From a phage, in NCBI GenBank assembly GCA_014435945.1, contig GCA_014435945.1_4088.1: a stretch of DNA of 64,000 nt; one strand, 5' to 3'. The notes under the pieces are model-generated. The model saw only the letters and a list, made by a program, of their open reading frames with translations. It was not told where the DNA came from and made no database searches. A program made the position numbers and the translations under genes. Position 1 is the first letter of the stretch; every line of letters starts with the position of its first letter. Positions 45,263-54,264 of this stretch are shown piece after piece.

Positions 45263-45794
45263 AATCCTGAAAGGTTCCATATGGAAATGATTGAAGCCTA
45301 ATCCACTCGAAAAGTAGAGGGTAGATGAGTAGTCCTTTCAGTACGAACAGCAAATGAAACCCGTTAGATGATGGCATAGTTTGAACCACTCACGGCAATG
45401 CGGCTGTATAAAGAACTCCAATAGGATAAAGAGAGTTCCTCGATAGACATATAAGGATCGCACCTTACCAATTATCTAAGGGAGATTTCATGAGAAATTT
45501 GCGGTCGTAATTTATACAATATAGTTGCGTCCAAAATTCGTGAAATCAAATACAAGTACTGGTCATATGGTATTTGTATTATGTGTCGGGATGTTTAAGA
45601 CCGACGACCGTTGCTACAAGAACCGCGATAGAGAGAAACAGAGCAACCCGCTTTCGCCTCGTAAGAGAATTCGTGATATGAACTATGTGAAGGCCACCAG
45701 CGTCAAACTTTTTTTGTTCTTTCCCCTGCGGGGGGATGAAATATGCTCAAGCAAACCCCGTCAATATTAATTAAAACAAATCATAGTACTTTCG
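45263..45794 (+). other. unassigned noncoding island (candidate structured RNA or decayed gene)
   Basis: About 530 bp with no convincing ORF, visibly higher GC than flanks, 12-bp palindrome TTCCATATGGAA near 45273. Confidence 0.3.
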
Positions 45795-45823
45795 TTGAAT
45801 TAGACATGCGAAGCGTGTATAAT
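45795..45823 (+). promoter_or_regulatory. sigma70-like promoter with extended -10
   Basis: TTGAAT 45795-45800, 17-nt spacer, TGtATAAT with hexamer 45818-45823. Confidence 0.6.
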
Positions 45824-45884
45824 TCGACTGGTGTTGATGAAGTCAACGCCATGTACAGTCATTGATGTTTCCATAGGAATAATG

Positions 45885-46427
45885 ATGTCATTTATTAAAA
45901 AATCTAAAAGCGTCACTTATAAAACACTAGAATTTGTTGATTCAGACAATCAGAACCAAGACCAAGAGAATTTTACTGGTTTTGTTGTGATTAAAGAAAA
46001 GGGATGTATTTCGTACATCAAAGAGTTGCAGTGCGGTTTTGAATTAACTTCCATTAAGTTATTCCCAACCAAGAAGCCTACAATTCTTAAAGCTCGTTAT
46101 GGGAACTACTACGAAGAGCGTTATAGTAATAATCTAATCAGTGCGAAAGCACATATCGTCAATGGAGAACTAGAAGGAGAATATAGAAAATTCAACCCAC
46201 AAGGAAAATGTGTTTGGGTTAAATACTTCAATTCAGGAAATGATGTAACATCAGAAATTATTGAGTTTTTAGGTTTAACATGTACCCTTGAAACTCTTCA
46301 TGATTACAAATTTAATACTGAAGAAGAGTTTAATCTGATGATGCGTTATGGATCACATTTTAAATTTTTATATGAATACAACATTGACAGTAGTACTTTT
46401 GATGACATAGTACTTAACTGTCTATAA
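45885..46427 (+). CDS. hypothetical protein with MORN-like repeats
   Basis: AGGA 6 nt before ATG 45885 (ATG 45882 also possible); YxGxxxxG-type repeats e.g. NGELEGEYRKFNPQGKCVWVKYFNSG. Confidence 0.5.
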   Translation: MSFIKKSKSVTYKTLEFVDSDNQNQDQENFTGFVVIKEKGCISYIKELQCGFELTSIKLFPTKKPTILKARYGNYYEERYSNNLISAKAHIVNGELEGEYRKFNPQGKCVWVKYFNSGNDVTSEIIEFLGLTCTLETLHDYKFNTEEEFNLMMRYGSHFKFLYEYNIDSSTFDDIVLNCL

Positions 46428-46443
46428 TCAAAGGAAATTATGT

Positions 46444-46968
46444 ATGTCGAAGAAGGATGCTTCGAAGAAAAAACAATCAGTACATTTCAGTACTGGAAAA
46501 GATAACTGGACTACTCCAAAGGATTTCTTTGAAGATTTGGATGAACTCTGGGAATTTACACTAGATGCAGCGTGTGTCAAAGAAACTGCATTGTGTGATA
46601 AGTTCTTTACACCAGAAGACAATTCACTTGAACAGGACTGGGGAAACAATATCGTGTGGCTCAACCCACCGTACAGTGATTTGAAAACGTGGTTATCTAA
46701 GGCAGTTGATGCATATAACAAAGGTGCTACAGTACTGATTCTCGTACCATCAAGAACTGATACTATAGCCTTTCAGGATTATGCTGCGAAAGTTTGTGAT
46801 TGTATTTGTTTTATAAAAGGTCGCTTAAAGTTCGGTATCCCTGAAGAACCAGATAAAAAGACGGACAGTGCTCCATTCCCTAGTTGTTTAATAGTACTGG
46901 ATAAGTATTTGACTCCAGCTAAAATCAACTATCTTAAATCTATTGGTCAGGTGATGAAGAACATATGA
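46444..46968 (+). CDS. dam: phage Dam-type N6-adenine DNA methyltransferase
   Basis: DNWTTPKDFF, FTLDAAC and catalytic WLNPPYS motifs typical of the phage Dam N6A-MTase family; AAGGAAA RBS. Confidence 0.8.
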   Translation: MSKKDASKKKQSVHFSTGKDNWTTPKDFFEDLDELWEFTLDAACVKETALCDKFFTPEDNSLEQDWGNNIVWLNPPYSDLKTWLSKAVDAYNKGATVLILVPSRTDTIAFQDYAAKVCDCICFIKGRLKFGIPEEPDKKTDSAPFPSCLIVLDKYLTPAKINYLKSIGQVMKNI

Positions 46969-47498
46969 AAGAAACATGCGTAGTGACATTCGGAAGAATT
47001 AACCCTGTACATCGAGGTCATGGTTTAGTGTTTGAAAAAGCTCAAGCACTACAAGAACAGTACAATGCTGATTTGAAAATATTCCTTAGTACCAGTACTG
47101 ATGCCGTCAAAAACCCATTACCTCCTGAACTGAAAATGTACTATACAGAAGGATTTTACCCATCTGTACAAGAAAATATCTATACAGAAGATAATCTGTT
47201 TGATATAATGAGAGAACTGGATGGAAAGTACTTAGATGTTCTTTTCATATGTGGTTCAGACAGACTTGAACCATTCCAAAAAACGCTTGACACGTACAAT
47301 GGGAAGTTATATAATTTTTGTTCAATCAAGGCAGTTCAAGCTGGAATTGATCGAAATGTAAGTCGCTACAGTTCCACACAGATGCGTGAGTTTGCCAAGA
47401 ATGAAGATTTTAATAGCTTCAGTACTTTTCTACCTGGTAATGATGATGCACTGAAAACTAAACTATTTGAAGATGTAATAAAATACATGAGGAAATAA
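46965..47498 (+). CDS. HxGH nucleotidyltransferase, NMN adenylyltransferase-like
   Basis: N-terminal FGRINPVHRGH and C-terminal SRYSSTQMRE (ISSTxxR-like) of the cytidylyltransferase-like superfamily; about 177 aa. Confidence 0.6.
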   Translation: MKETCVVTFGRINPVHRGHGLVFEKAQALQEQYNADLKIFLSTSTDAVKNPLPPELKMYYTEGFYPSVQENIYTEDNLFDIMRELDGKYLDVLFICGSDRLEPFQKTLDTYNGKLYNFCSIKAVQAGIDRNVSRYSSTQMREFAKNEDFNSFSTFLPGNDDALKTKLFEDVIKYMRK

Positions 47499-47500
47499 CT

Positions 47501-47794
47501 ATGTCAGTACTGTTTAAAACTAACCCAGTACTTTGGGATCAGAATGAGGATTCGGGTTTCCGTTCAATCCATGTTGAATTCAAAGGTAATACGGTGGTTG
47601 CAATCATTGCAAACAAAACTTTAGGAAACTGGACTGCACAAGTTGTTCCTATGGGATATTCTTATACATCTGATGAAGTTGCGTTTCTGGCTGAATTATA
47701 TAGTCAAACACCATTCATCATCAATGTTTTAGAGCGTAGTGATAAGTTAACACATGACGAAGTAATTGACTTCCTGGCGAACTTACATGTCTGA
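47501..47794 (+). CDS. hypothetical protein (97 aa)
   Basis: ATG 47501 after GAGGAAATAACT. Confidence 0.6.
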   Translation: MSVLFKTNPVLWDQNEDSGFRSIHVEFKGNTVVAIIANKTLGNWTAQVVPMGYSYTSDEVAFLAELYSQTPFIINVLERSDKLTHDEVIDFLANLHV

Positions 47795-48074
47795 TGATTC
47801 GAATCTAACAGGTTATTTTTTACAAGAATCAATGATCAAATTCAGTGAACATTTTCCAGTACTAGATGGTGTGGAGATGTGGCATGTAAAACCACTCTTC
47901 CACACTTTCAGTAAAGAGCACAAAATGTTATTGACTGAGGCTTGTAAATCGAATAAAATATGCCAAATCAAGATTGGTGTAAATGTCTACAAAGGATTAG
48001 TCATCTTTTTTGACAACAACAGCAACTACTTTTATATTGTTAAGGAGCATTACGTTGACAAATACAAATACTAA
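47787..48074 (+). CDS. hypothetical protein (95 aa)
   Basis: ATG 47787 overlapping upstream stop (track TTG 47766). Confidence 0.55.
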   Translation: MSDDSNLTGYFLQESMIKFSEHFPVLDGVEMWHVKPLFHTFSKEHKMLLTEACKSNKICQIKIGVNVYKGLVIFFDNNSNYFYIVKEHYVDKYKY

Positions 48075-48672
48075 TACATACTTTCGTTATCTTCGCCTAG
48101 GGCTTTCCCTACGCCCAATCCGTGGTAAGTGTGATTCACTTGCTGATTTGGATTATGCATATGCATTACATTGTGATGGTGTTCAATATGTATTAGGTGA
48201 CTATGGCACATTCGAAGAATCCAATGACAGTTCAGAAATTATTGCTGGTGTTGCTAACCTTAACAACATTGCCAATAGTTCTCGTCATGAAATCGTTCTT
48301 GAAATTCAGAACTTCATTGAGAAAAATACTGGCAAGCGTACATGGTCATATGTCGGTACTGATGCACAAATGTCAATCGCATTTGGTAACGAAGATGGTT
48401 ATGTAGCACAACTTATTATGGATTTCGAATCAGAAGAGAAGTTCCTAGAATACAAGGAAAAAATCATCCAATCCTTGTTGCAAATGGGTATTCCTGAAGA
48501 TCGTATGCCTGAAATTCAAAGCATTGATGAGTTTGTTCTTATCCCATCTGATGAAAAATATGATGCGATGTTTACAGCACTGAACATTCCTGGTGTAGTT
48601 GTTGAGTACTTCGATGATGGTGATGCTGACATTTACCTAGATCTCGACGACGATGATGACGATGATGAATAA
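48055..48672 (+). CDS. acidic protein with poly-Asp C-terminal tail
   Basis: AAGGAG 48042-48047 seven nt before in-frame TTG 48055 (start uncertain); ends YLDLDDDDDDDE. Confidence 0.45.
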   Translation: MTNTNTNTYFRYLRLGLSLRPIRGKCDSLADLDYAYALHCDGVQYVLGDYGTFEESNDSSEIIAGVANLNNIANSSRHEIVLEIQNFIEKNTGKRTWSYVGTDAQMSIAFGNEDGYVAQLIMDFESEEKFLEYKEKIIQSLLQMGIPEDRMPEIQSIDEFVLIPSDEKYDAMFTALNIPGVVVEYFDDGDADIYLDLDDDDDDDE

Positions 48673-48678
48673 TACATA

Positions 48679-48707
48679 TAGCCCGACATAAGTTCGGGCT
48701 ATTTTTG
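48679..48707 (+). terminator. rho-independent terminator
   Basis: TAGCCCGA-cataagt-TCGGGCTA stem-loop followed by TTTTT. Confidence 0.7.
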
Positions 48708-48718
48708 TAAGGGGAAAT

Positions 48719-48988
48719 ATGAATTACAAACATATACAATTCACTTATATGGAATTATTTAAATTACACCATAATCACAGAAGTACTAACACAATTAATA
48801 AAAATGCGTTTACTCATAAATTATGGTCAAATTACCTAGAAGAATTACGTGAGTATTTTATTGATACTGAAATTTTCATTAATGGAAAAAAACGAAAGAT
48901 ACTTAGAGTCGATAGTTTTGGTGGTAGATTAGTACTTTCATATAAATTTGATAACGACTTATTCTCTGTTGATTTGGTGAATATATGA
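48719..48988 (+). CDS. F3 small paralog protein
   Basis: N-terminal MNYKHIQFTYMELF; first of five tandem F3 genes. Confidence 0.6.
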   Translation: MNYKHIQFTYMELFKLHHNHRSTNTINKNAFTHKLWSNYLEELREYFIDTEIFINGKKRKILRVDSFGGRLVLSYKFDNDLFSVDLVNI

Positions 48989-49245
48989 ATTATAAAGATT
49001 TCCAATTAACATTCAAGTGCATTCGTGACCTAGCAAATAAAAATAATAGTATATTTTTAGAAGATACATGTATTGAAATGATTAATATTGTGCGTGAGAG
49101 GATTAAAGAAAAATTCAGTACTGTAATTATCAACAACGATCATGCAGAATTTTCAGATATAATCATTAAGCTCGATGGTAAAGTAGAGGTACAGTTCTAC
49201 ACTGATTTTGGATTTACGAGTGTTCCTCTGGAGATATTCCCTTGA
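48985..49245 (+). CDS. F3 small paralog protein
   Basis: N-terminal MNYKDFQLTFKCI; ATGA overlap. Confidence 0.6.
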   Translation: MNYKDFQLTFKCIRDLANKNNSIFLEDTCIEMINIVRERIKEKFSTVIINNDHAEFSDIIIKLDGKVEVQFYTDFGFTSVPLEIFP

Positions 49246-49553
49246 AATTAAATTTGAATGATGTTCAATTCACGTATAAAAATATATATGGTTTGTATGA
49301 CATGTATCTTTTTAGTGGGAAGATTGGTGAACATGTCGAATCAAAAGAATCACCATTTATTAATAATTACTATGATTACTTAGATTCTATTGCTGAATAT
49401 ATAAAAAAGAATTACAGTACTTACACTGATGGAGATGATATATTCGAATATTCAGGTGTAAAATCTTATCAAGGTATTATCCATGTAGAATTTCTTGAAA
49501 AAACTGATAGGGAATTTATGGAGATTAAAGTTTTGAAGTTAACGGACCTATAA
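49242..49553 (+). CDS. F3 small paralog protein
   Basis: N-terminal MKLNLNDVQFTYKNIY. Confidence 0.6.
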   Translation: MKLNLNDVQFTYKNIYGLYDMYLFSGKIGEHVESKESPFINNYYDYLDSIAEYIKKNYSTYTDGDDIFEYSGVKSYQGIIHVEFLEKTDREFMEIKVLKLTDL

Positions 49554-49563
49554 GAGTTGACAT

Positions 49564-49875
49564 ATGAATATTAATGATATACAATTCACATACAAATTTT
49601 TGTATATCCAATACGCTACGGTTGATGCTGGAGAATATCTCTACGGTGAAATCTATCGTTCGGTATGGATAAAGTTTTTGGATGAATTACATGAATATTA
49701 CCATGATTTGTGTATAGTTCGTGATAATAAAATATACAAATTCCGCGATATTGTTAGTCATAGCGGTAAGCTACGATTGGAATTAAGTACTGATAGTGAT
49801 GTTGATTGGATTGGTGTAAATTTACTGGAGTTGGAGAATGAAAAACAACTTAAAGGAAATACAAGTATTTTATAA
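49564..49875 (+). CDS. F3 small paralog protein
   Basis: N-terminal MNINDIQFTYKFLY. Confidence 0.6.
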   Translation: MNINDIQFTYKFLYIQYATVDAGEYLYGEIYRSVWIKFLDELHEYYHDLCIVRDNKIYKFRDIVSHSGKLRLELSTDSDVDWIGVNLLELENEKQLKGNTSIL

Positions 49876-50122
49876 ATTCTTATACTTGTCATATGTAAAA
49901 GATGAGTACTATGAAAGTGTGTATTATTTTTTATGGCAACATTACCGTACTATAGTAAGAGATTTATATATAGGAAAATCTATCATATCCAATGGTGAAA
50001 AATGTATATGTACGGATGTCGTGAGTTATAATGGTTCTTTAACACTGTGTTTCAGATGCGTTAATAATAGTGGGTCATTTTCATTAAACATATATCAGTT
50101 AGAAGGAATAAATTTTGAATAA
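49838..50122 (+). CDS. F3 small paralog protein
   Basis: N-terminal MKNNLKEIQVFYKFLY; GGAG RBS inside upstream gene. Confidence 0.55.
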   Translation: MKNNLKEIQVFYKFLYLSYVKDEYYESVYYFLWQHYRTIVRDLYIGKSIISNGEKCICTDVVSYNGSLTLCFRCVNNSGSFSLNIYQLEGINFE

Positions 50123-50315
50123 ATGTCCATATTGCAACAGTACTCAATTAGCTCGTTTCCGTTTAGATTCAGACTGGGCCTCTGGTGCTGGGGATTTCTT
50201 TCCTATCAATGATGATGCGGAATACACTGAAGAACAGCACAAAGATTTCGATAAATCATGGCGACCTGACATTGAGTGCATTTATTGTCTGGCATGTGAG
50301 CGTATTCATGACTAA
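50115..50315 (+). CDS. small zinc-ribbon protein (66 aa)
   Basis: CPYC near N-terminus and CIYCLAC near C-terminus. Confidence 0.55.
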   Translation: MNKCPYCNSTQLARFRLDSDWASGAGDFFPINDDAEYTEEQHKDFDKSWRPDIECIYCLACERIHD

Positions 50316-50571
50316 AGCTGAACTGATCGTGCAAACACTGCGTTTATTGAGGGATTTAGATATACCACGCATGGATGTGAAACTTGAAGATATCTACATT
50401 GAATCTCTTAGTGAAGATTACACCGATACCGTAATGATGCTGAATGACGTGCTTTATCGTATAGATAGCATTAGTCGTATTGGAAGAACTTTAAAAGTTA
50501 ATATGGAACGAGTTGATAAACTTTATGTACATATATATAGTCTTCCCATTTCAATATTAAACTATAGATGA
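50308..50571 (+). CDS. hypothetical protein (87 aa)
   Basis: ATG 50308 overlapping upstream stop (track 50185). Confidence 0.5.
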   Translation: MTKAELIVQTLRLLRDLDIPRMDVKLEDIYIESLSEDYTDTVMMLNDVLYRIDSISRIGRTLKVNMERVDKLYVHIYSLPISILNYR

Positions 50572-50858
50572 ATATCATATTAATACAAAAAACATATGCT
50601 CTACTGATGAAAGAATATACTAATACTTATGATGAAAAGTGTAGTGCAAATCATCATATGTATAAATTCATTACTCAAGAGTACAGGGATTATATATATG
50701 CTGCGTTAGTGGGTAGATATTTCAGTACTAAAAAACGAAAAGAACTAAAAGTTGTGGATGTTACATTTTTCTACAACGGGCATATAACAATTCATGGTGT
50801 GGAACATAATTCACAAATATATCGTAACTACTCATCTAACGAGGTAACATTTTTATGA
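50568..50858 (+). CDS. F3-like small protein
   Basis: N-terminal MNIILIQKTYALLMKEY resembles F3; ATGA overlap. Confidence 0.55.
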   Translation: MNIILIQKTYALLMKEYTNTYDEKCSANHHMYKFITQEYRDYIYAALVGRYFSTKKRKELKVVDVTFFYNGHITIHGVEHNSQIYRNYSSNEVTFL

Positions 50859-51028
50859 GAGCATTATTTTTTATCTGGAGTCTTTTCTCACTAGCAGTAC
50901 TGACAGTAAGTGGGATTTGTTTCCTTTCAACAATGAATGTCTGGTACATTAATTTACTATTCCCATTCGTAGGTGTAGGTTTAGGATTTACTTTACATAG
51001 TGTTTGTAAGGATTTTAATGGCAAATAA
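50855..51028 (+). CDS. small membrane protein (57 aa)
   Basis: Unlisted ORF MRALFFIWSLFSLAVLTVSGICFLSTMNVWYINLLFPFVGVGLGFTLHS, two hydrophobic segments; ATGA overlap. Confidence 0.45.
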   Translation: MRALFFIWSLFSLAVLTVSGICFLSTMNVWYINLLFPFVGVGLGFTLHSVCKDFNGK

Positions 51029-51302
51029 ATCGAATGAAGTACTTGTTGCTGAAACAATGAAGATGGTTTATGCCATAACAACTAGTAATGATATGTCTTA
51101 CCCAATTAAGTCCAAGTTGAGGGATATAACTCTTCAGGTTATACAGCAGTACTACAAATCTAAACACAAAAGTATTATTAATGTTTATCGTGACTATGAA
51201 AGGATTCGCATTTTGTTCTGGAACAAGAATCGAGTTCGTTCGGAATGTGATATAGAAAACTTTAAATTTGAGAATCTTTATTGTTACAGAGCGGGACAAT
51301 AG
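51018..51302 (+). CDS. hypothetical protein (94 aa)
   Basis: ATG 51018 after AAGGA (track 51000). Confidence 0.5.
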   Translation: MANKSNEVLVAETMKMVYAITTSNDMSYPIKSKLRDITLQVIQQYYKSKHKSIINVYRDYERIRILFWNKNRVRSECDIENFKFENLYCYRAGQ

Positions 51303-51311
51303 CTCAAGTAG

Positions 51312-51320
51312 TGATATAAT
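51312..51320 (+). promoter_or_regulatory. extended -10 promoter element
   Basis: TGaTATAAT with hexamer 51315-51320; no clear -35. Confidence 0.4.
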
Positions 51321-51360
51321 ATTGGATGAGGAACAATAACTAACACAAGGAGTGTGTAAA

Positions 51361-52089
51361 GTGCTTGACCGTATCCGTTTCGCTACAGAGATGGCGAATG
51401 AATTAAACATGGCAAATTTTCAAATGTTAACATCAGTGATGGCTGAACATGCATGTGCTTATTCTGTAAGTGGTGTGCAGTGCGGTCAGGAGAATATGTT
51501 AGCAGATGTATATAGCGAAGTTCAAAGTAAACAATACAGTGTAAAGACGTACAAGGATAAGTTCGTTAGTCTTTATATGAATGAAGACATTGCAGAAGAC
51601 CGCAAATATACTGATTTTATTATTGAACGAAGAGTATCAGGTGTATCCAACCCAAATGCTGACAGTACTACAGTATTTGAAGAAGTACTTCAAGATATAT
51701 ATGAAAATGAATTGAAAAGTAAGAATCATTACAATGTACGTGAAACTAACACAGTGCTCTTGGGATATGATGAAGACGATCAATATTATTATTTCCGTAT
51801 GACTGAAGTTCCTTTTGAATATAAATCACCAAGTACTACTGCTGTAAAAGAATTTACCGAGAAAAGCAAGAACTACAAGAAACATGAAGGTAACCGTTGT
51901 AGTATAAATGGTTATAATGAAGATGGTGTTCATATATATGAATGGGTTCATCCTAATTGCCAGACATATACCCGTTGCTTGAAGAAACGTTATAATTTAG
52001 AAGACAATGAATCCTTCTACTTTAAAGTTAAGAAACAAGGCTATACTCGCCCTGAAGATTCAGAATTGATGGGTATGGTATATTTCTAA
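51361..52089 (+). CDS. hypothetical protein (about 242 aa)
   Basis: AAGGAG 51347-51352 eight nt before in-frame GTG 51361; start uncertain. Confidence 0.55.
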   Translation: MLDRIRFATEMANELNMANFQMLTSVMAEHACAYSVSGVQCGQENMLADVYSEVQSKQYSVKTYKDKFVSLYMNEDIAEDRKYTDFIIERRVSGVSNPNADSTTVFEEVLQDIYENELKSKNHYNVRETNTVLLGYDEDDQYYYFRMTEVPFEYKSPSTTAVKEFTEKSKNYKKHEGNRCSINGYNEDGVHIYEWVHPNCQTYTRCLKKRYNLEDNESFYFKVKKQGYTRPEDSELMGMVYF

Positions 52090-52098
52090 GGAACTGTT

Positions 52099-52380
52099 AT
52101 GGATTTTTACCTACACACATGGTCATACGAACAATACATTACATTATATCTTGAGATTATTAATACTGATCCCAGATATGGTTGTGATTTTGCTGATATT
52201 ATAAAAGAGTATGCAGATGAGTTTGAGTTTGTATATCTTGGCTCTGACCTATTCGTGAAGAGTGTAGGTAAAACCGGACGCATCACTGAGATTGATTATG
52301 ATACTGTTAGTGTGAATTTCTATGTTGATTTTCCTTGTGATGGCGTTGATGGTGTATATTGTCTATATGAAATAATTTAA
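52099..52380 (+). CDS. hypothetical protein (93 aa)
   Basis: ATG 52099 after AAGGAACTGTT. Confidence 0.6.
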   Translation: MDFYLHTWSYEQYITLYLEIINTDPRYGCDFADIIKEYADEFEFVYLGSDLFVKSVGKTGRITEIDYDTVSVNFYVDFPCDGVDGVYCLYEII

Positions 52381-52385
52381 ATTTT

Positions 52386-52411
52386 GAGGCCAGCGTTTGC
52401 TGGTCTTTTTT
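52386..52411 (+). terminator. rho-independent terminator
   Basis: GAGGCCAGC-gttt-GCTGGTCTT stem-loop followed by TTTTT. Confidence 0.65.
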
Positions 52412-52424
52412 CGCAGGTACAAAG

Positions 52425-52727
52425 ATGATTAGTATAGATTTAATTAACAGTACTATAAAGTTGTTGGCTGATGTAGTAAGAGAATCCAATGGAACTTTAT
52501 ACCCATCAATGTATAAAATCTTTGAACGATACATCAAGGATTGTAACATATCCTTATATGGACTGGCGGTTGATATAGACGACCACTATGAAATTAATAC
52601 TTCATATAAAACTGGAATGTTAATTGGTATTAATATAAAGATGGGATATTTTCCTTATTACTGTATAGGATTACCAGATAGTACTATGGTAGATTATCCA
52701 GCCAGTATTATTAAACTAAGAGGATAA
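52425..52727 (+). CDS. hypothetical protein (100 aa)
   Basis: ORF after terminator. Confidence 0.55.
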   Translation: MISIDLINSTIKLLADVVRESNGTLYPSMYKIFERYIKDCNISLYGLAVDIDDHYEINTSYKTGMLIGINIKMGYFPYYCIGLPDSTMVDYPASIIKLRG

Positions 52728-52734
52728 AACTAAA

Positions 52735-53313
52735 ATGAATGTATTAGAATTATGTACTAAGCTGATTACTATGCGTAATGAGTGGTACGATTGGTTTTAT
52801 AATGGTACTGATATGGATTTTTCAAAATATCCATTTATGGAATCAGGATGTGATGCAAGATACCGCTGGTTGAGCAAAGATTGTTCTGGTTTACATATTC
52901 TAGTTGACGATAGTGGTCAGGGAATTATAAAAGATTTACTTCAAGTTCAACAACTCGTCCATGATAATTTGTGTGATAACGATCCATACCTTGGAAATAT
53001 GATTTATGTAAGTGAAGATGATTGCATATTCGTTATCCAGCGTCATGGTAATTCTATGTTTTATATAGCAGACAGCAGTACTCCAGAAGGTGCAGCAGCA
53101 GATGGACTTATGCCTAAGATTGATATATTGGAATTTGGATTACCTGAGCACTTCCAGATTGGTACTTTATACGATATTCCCCCACTTGAGTTCTTTGAAG
53201 AATTTAAATTGTACTACAATGATCTTCAAAAATTGAGTACTGATCGTCGCATTGAAATAACTGTTAAGTACATGGACGGAACGAAATTAACCGATACGAG
53301 GATAGAATTTTGA
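52735..53313 (+). CDS. hypothetical protein, F2-like
   Basis: Contains PEHFQIGTLYD. Confidence 0.55.
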   Translation: MNVLELCTKLITMRNEWYDWFYNGTDMDFSKYPFMESGCDARYRWLSKDCSGLHILVDDSGQGIIKDLLQVQQLVHDNLCDNDPYLGNMIYVSEDDCIFVIQRHGNSMFYIADSSTPEGAAADGLMPKIDILEFGLPEHFQIGTLYDIPPLEFFEEFKLYYNDLQKLSTDRRIEITVKYMDGTKLTDTRIEF

Positions 53314-53999
53314 TTAAAGATTTAGATAGAATTTTATATGTACTGAGGGGTGTAATTACATTACAACCACAGGTTAATCGTATGGAGAGAGCCTTTGAAT
53401 TAAAATCAAGAGAAACTCCATATTCACATATATCAAATGTAGTTGGTTCATTCAGTACTGAAGACTCGCCTTATGATATTTGTGTATGTGAAGTACAGCC
53501 AAGTTCGGATCTTGGATTTGCTATTTTTGATAAAAATCAAAATCTCATTAGTATGTTTCAGTGCAATAATCCTTTTTGGAAAACATGCCTGTATCCAGAG
53601 TGGGCTATGCTTGATCCAACAAAGAGTTCCATTAAAGTATATGACTCTAAAAATGATGAAGTCGTTATTGATTTGGATGAGTCAATGTCAGAGGAAGAAC
53701 ACTTTCAGCTAATGATGATGCGTGCTATGCCTGAGTACAATGCAATGATTAACACGGTGCAATACATTAAGGATACCATGCCATCATTGCGTACACATGA
53801 GTTTTGCCATCCTGTATTGTATGAACATTTGGATTTAGATTTCAGTACTATTAAATTTAAAGATAATGTTATTAATTACATTCAAGAGAATGTTAAATTT
53901 GATTTTATTAGTACAATGACAAATAATCCAAATACTAATTTCAGGCATCAGTACAATGAATCTTTGTCTGGTGGTCGTGATACAACTTGGTGGAAATAA
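53310..53999 (+). CDS. hypothetical protein, F2-like
   Basis: Contains EEEHFQLMMMRAM; ATGA overlap. Confidence 0.55.
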   Translation: MIKDLDRILYVLRGVITLQPQVNRMERAFELKSRETPYSHISNVVGSFSTEDSPYDICVCEVQPSSDLGFAIFDKNQNLISMFQCNNPFWKTCLYPEWAMLDPTKSSIKVYDSKNDEVVIDLDESMSEEEHFQLMMMRAMPEYNAMINTVQYIKDTMPSLRTHEFCHPVLYEHLDLDFSTIKFKDNVINYIQENVKFDFISTMTNNPNTNFRHQYNESLSGGRDTTWWK

Positions 54000-54000
54000 T

Positions 54001-54264
54001 ATGAATATCCAAGATAGATTGCAATTATTGCACACACTTGAAGAAGCTGCTTTTGAACTTGTTAATAAAATTGCACAAGAACTCCCAAAAGGAACCAAAG
54101 TTCGTGTTCGTGAAATGGATTATTTAACGGGAAAAATTGATGAAAAAGTTCTAACAGTGATCAAAGTAACATACTATGAATCAGAGTTATCAATTCAATG
54201 TAATTCAGATAATGGTTACGTTTCCTACTATGGTACAGATGTAGATATAGAGGTAATAAAATGA
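54001..54264 (+). CDS. F4 small paralog protein
   Basis: Motif ELPKGTKVRVRE; ATG 54001 right after upstream stop (track 53956). Confidence 0.55.
   Translation: MNIQDRLQLLHTLEEAAFELVNKIAQELPKGTKVRVREMDYLTGKIDEKVLTVIKVTYYESELSIQCNSDNGYVSYYGTDVDIEVIK

Noticed and set aside
45525-45770. Track ORF of 81 aa inside the noncoding island
   Set aside because: No RBS, atypical composition, and the frame runs through hairpin and T-run sequences; more likely noncoding.
45263-45794. tRNA gene in the GC-richer island
   Set aside because: No T-loop-like GGTTCGAAT-type sequence or cloverleaf-compatible acceptor pairing was found by eye; not callable without a covariance-model scan.
48010-48054. Upstream TTG start for the acidic protein as given in the track
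   Set aside because: It overlaps the previous gene by 65 nt and lacks an RBS, whereas the in-frame TTG at 48055 has AAGGAG at ideal spacing.
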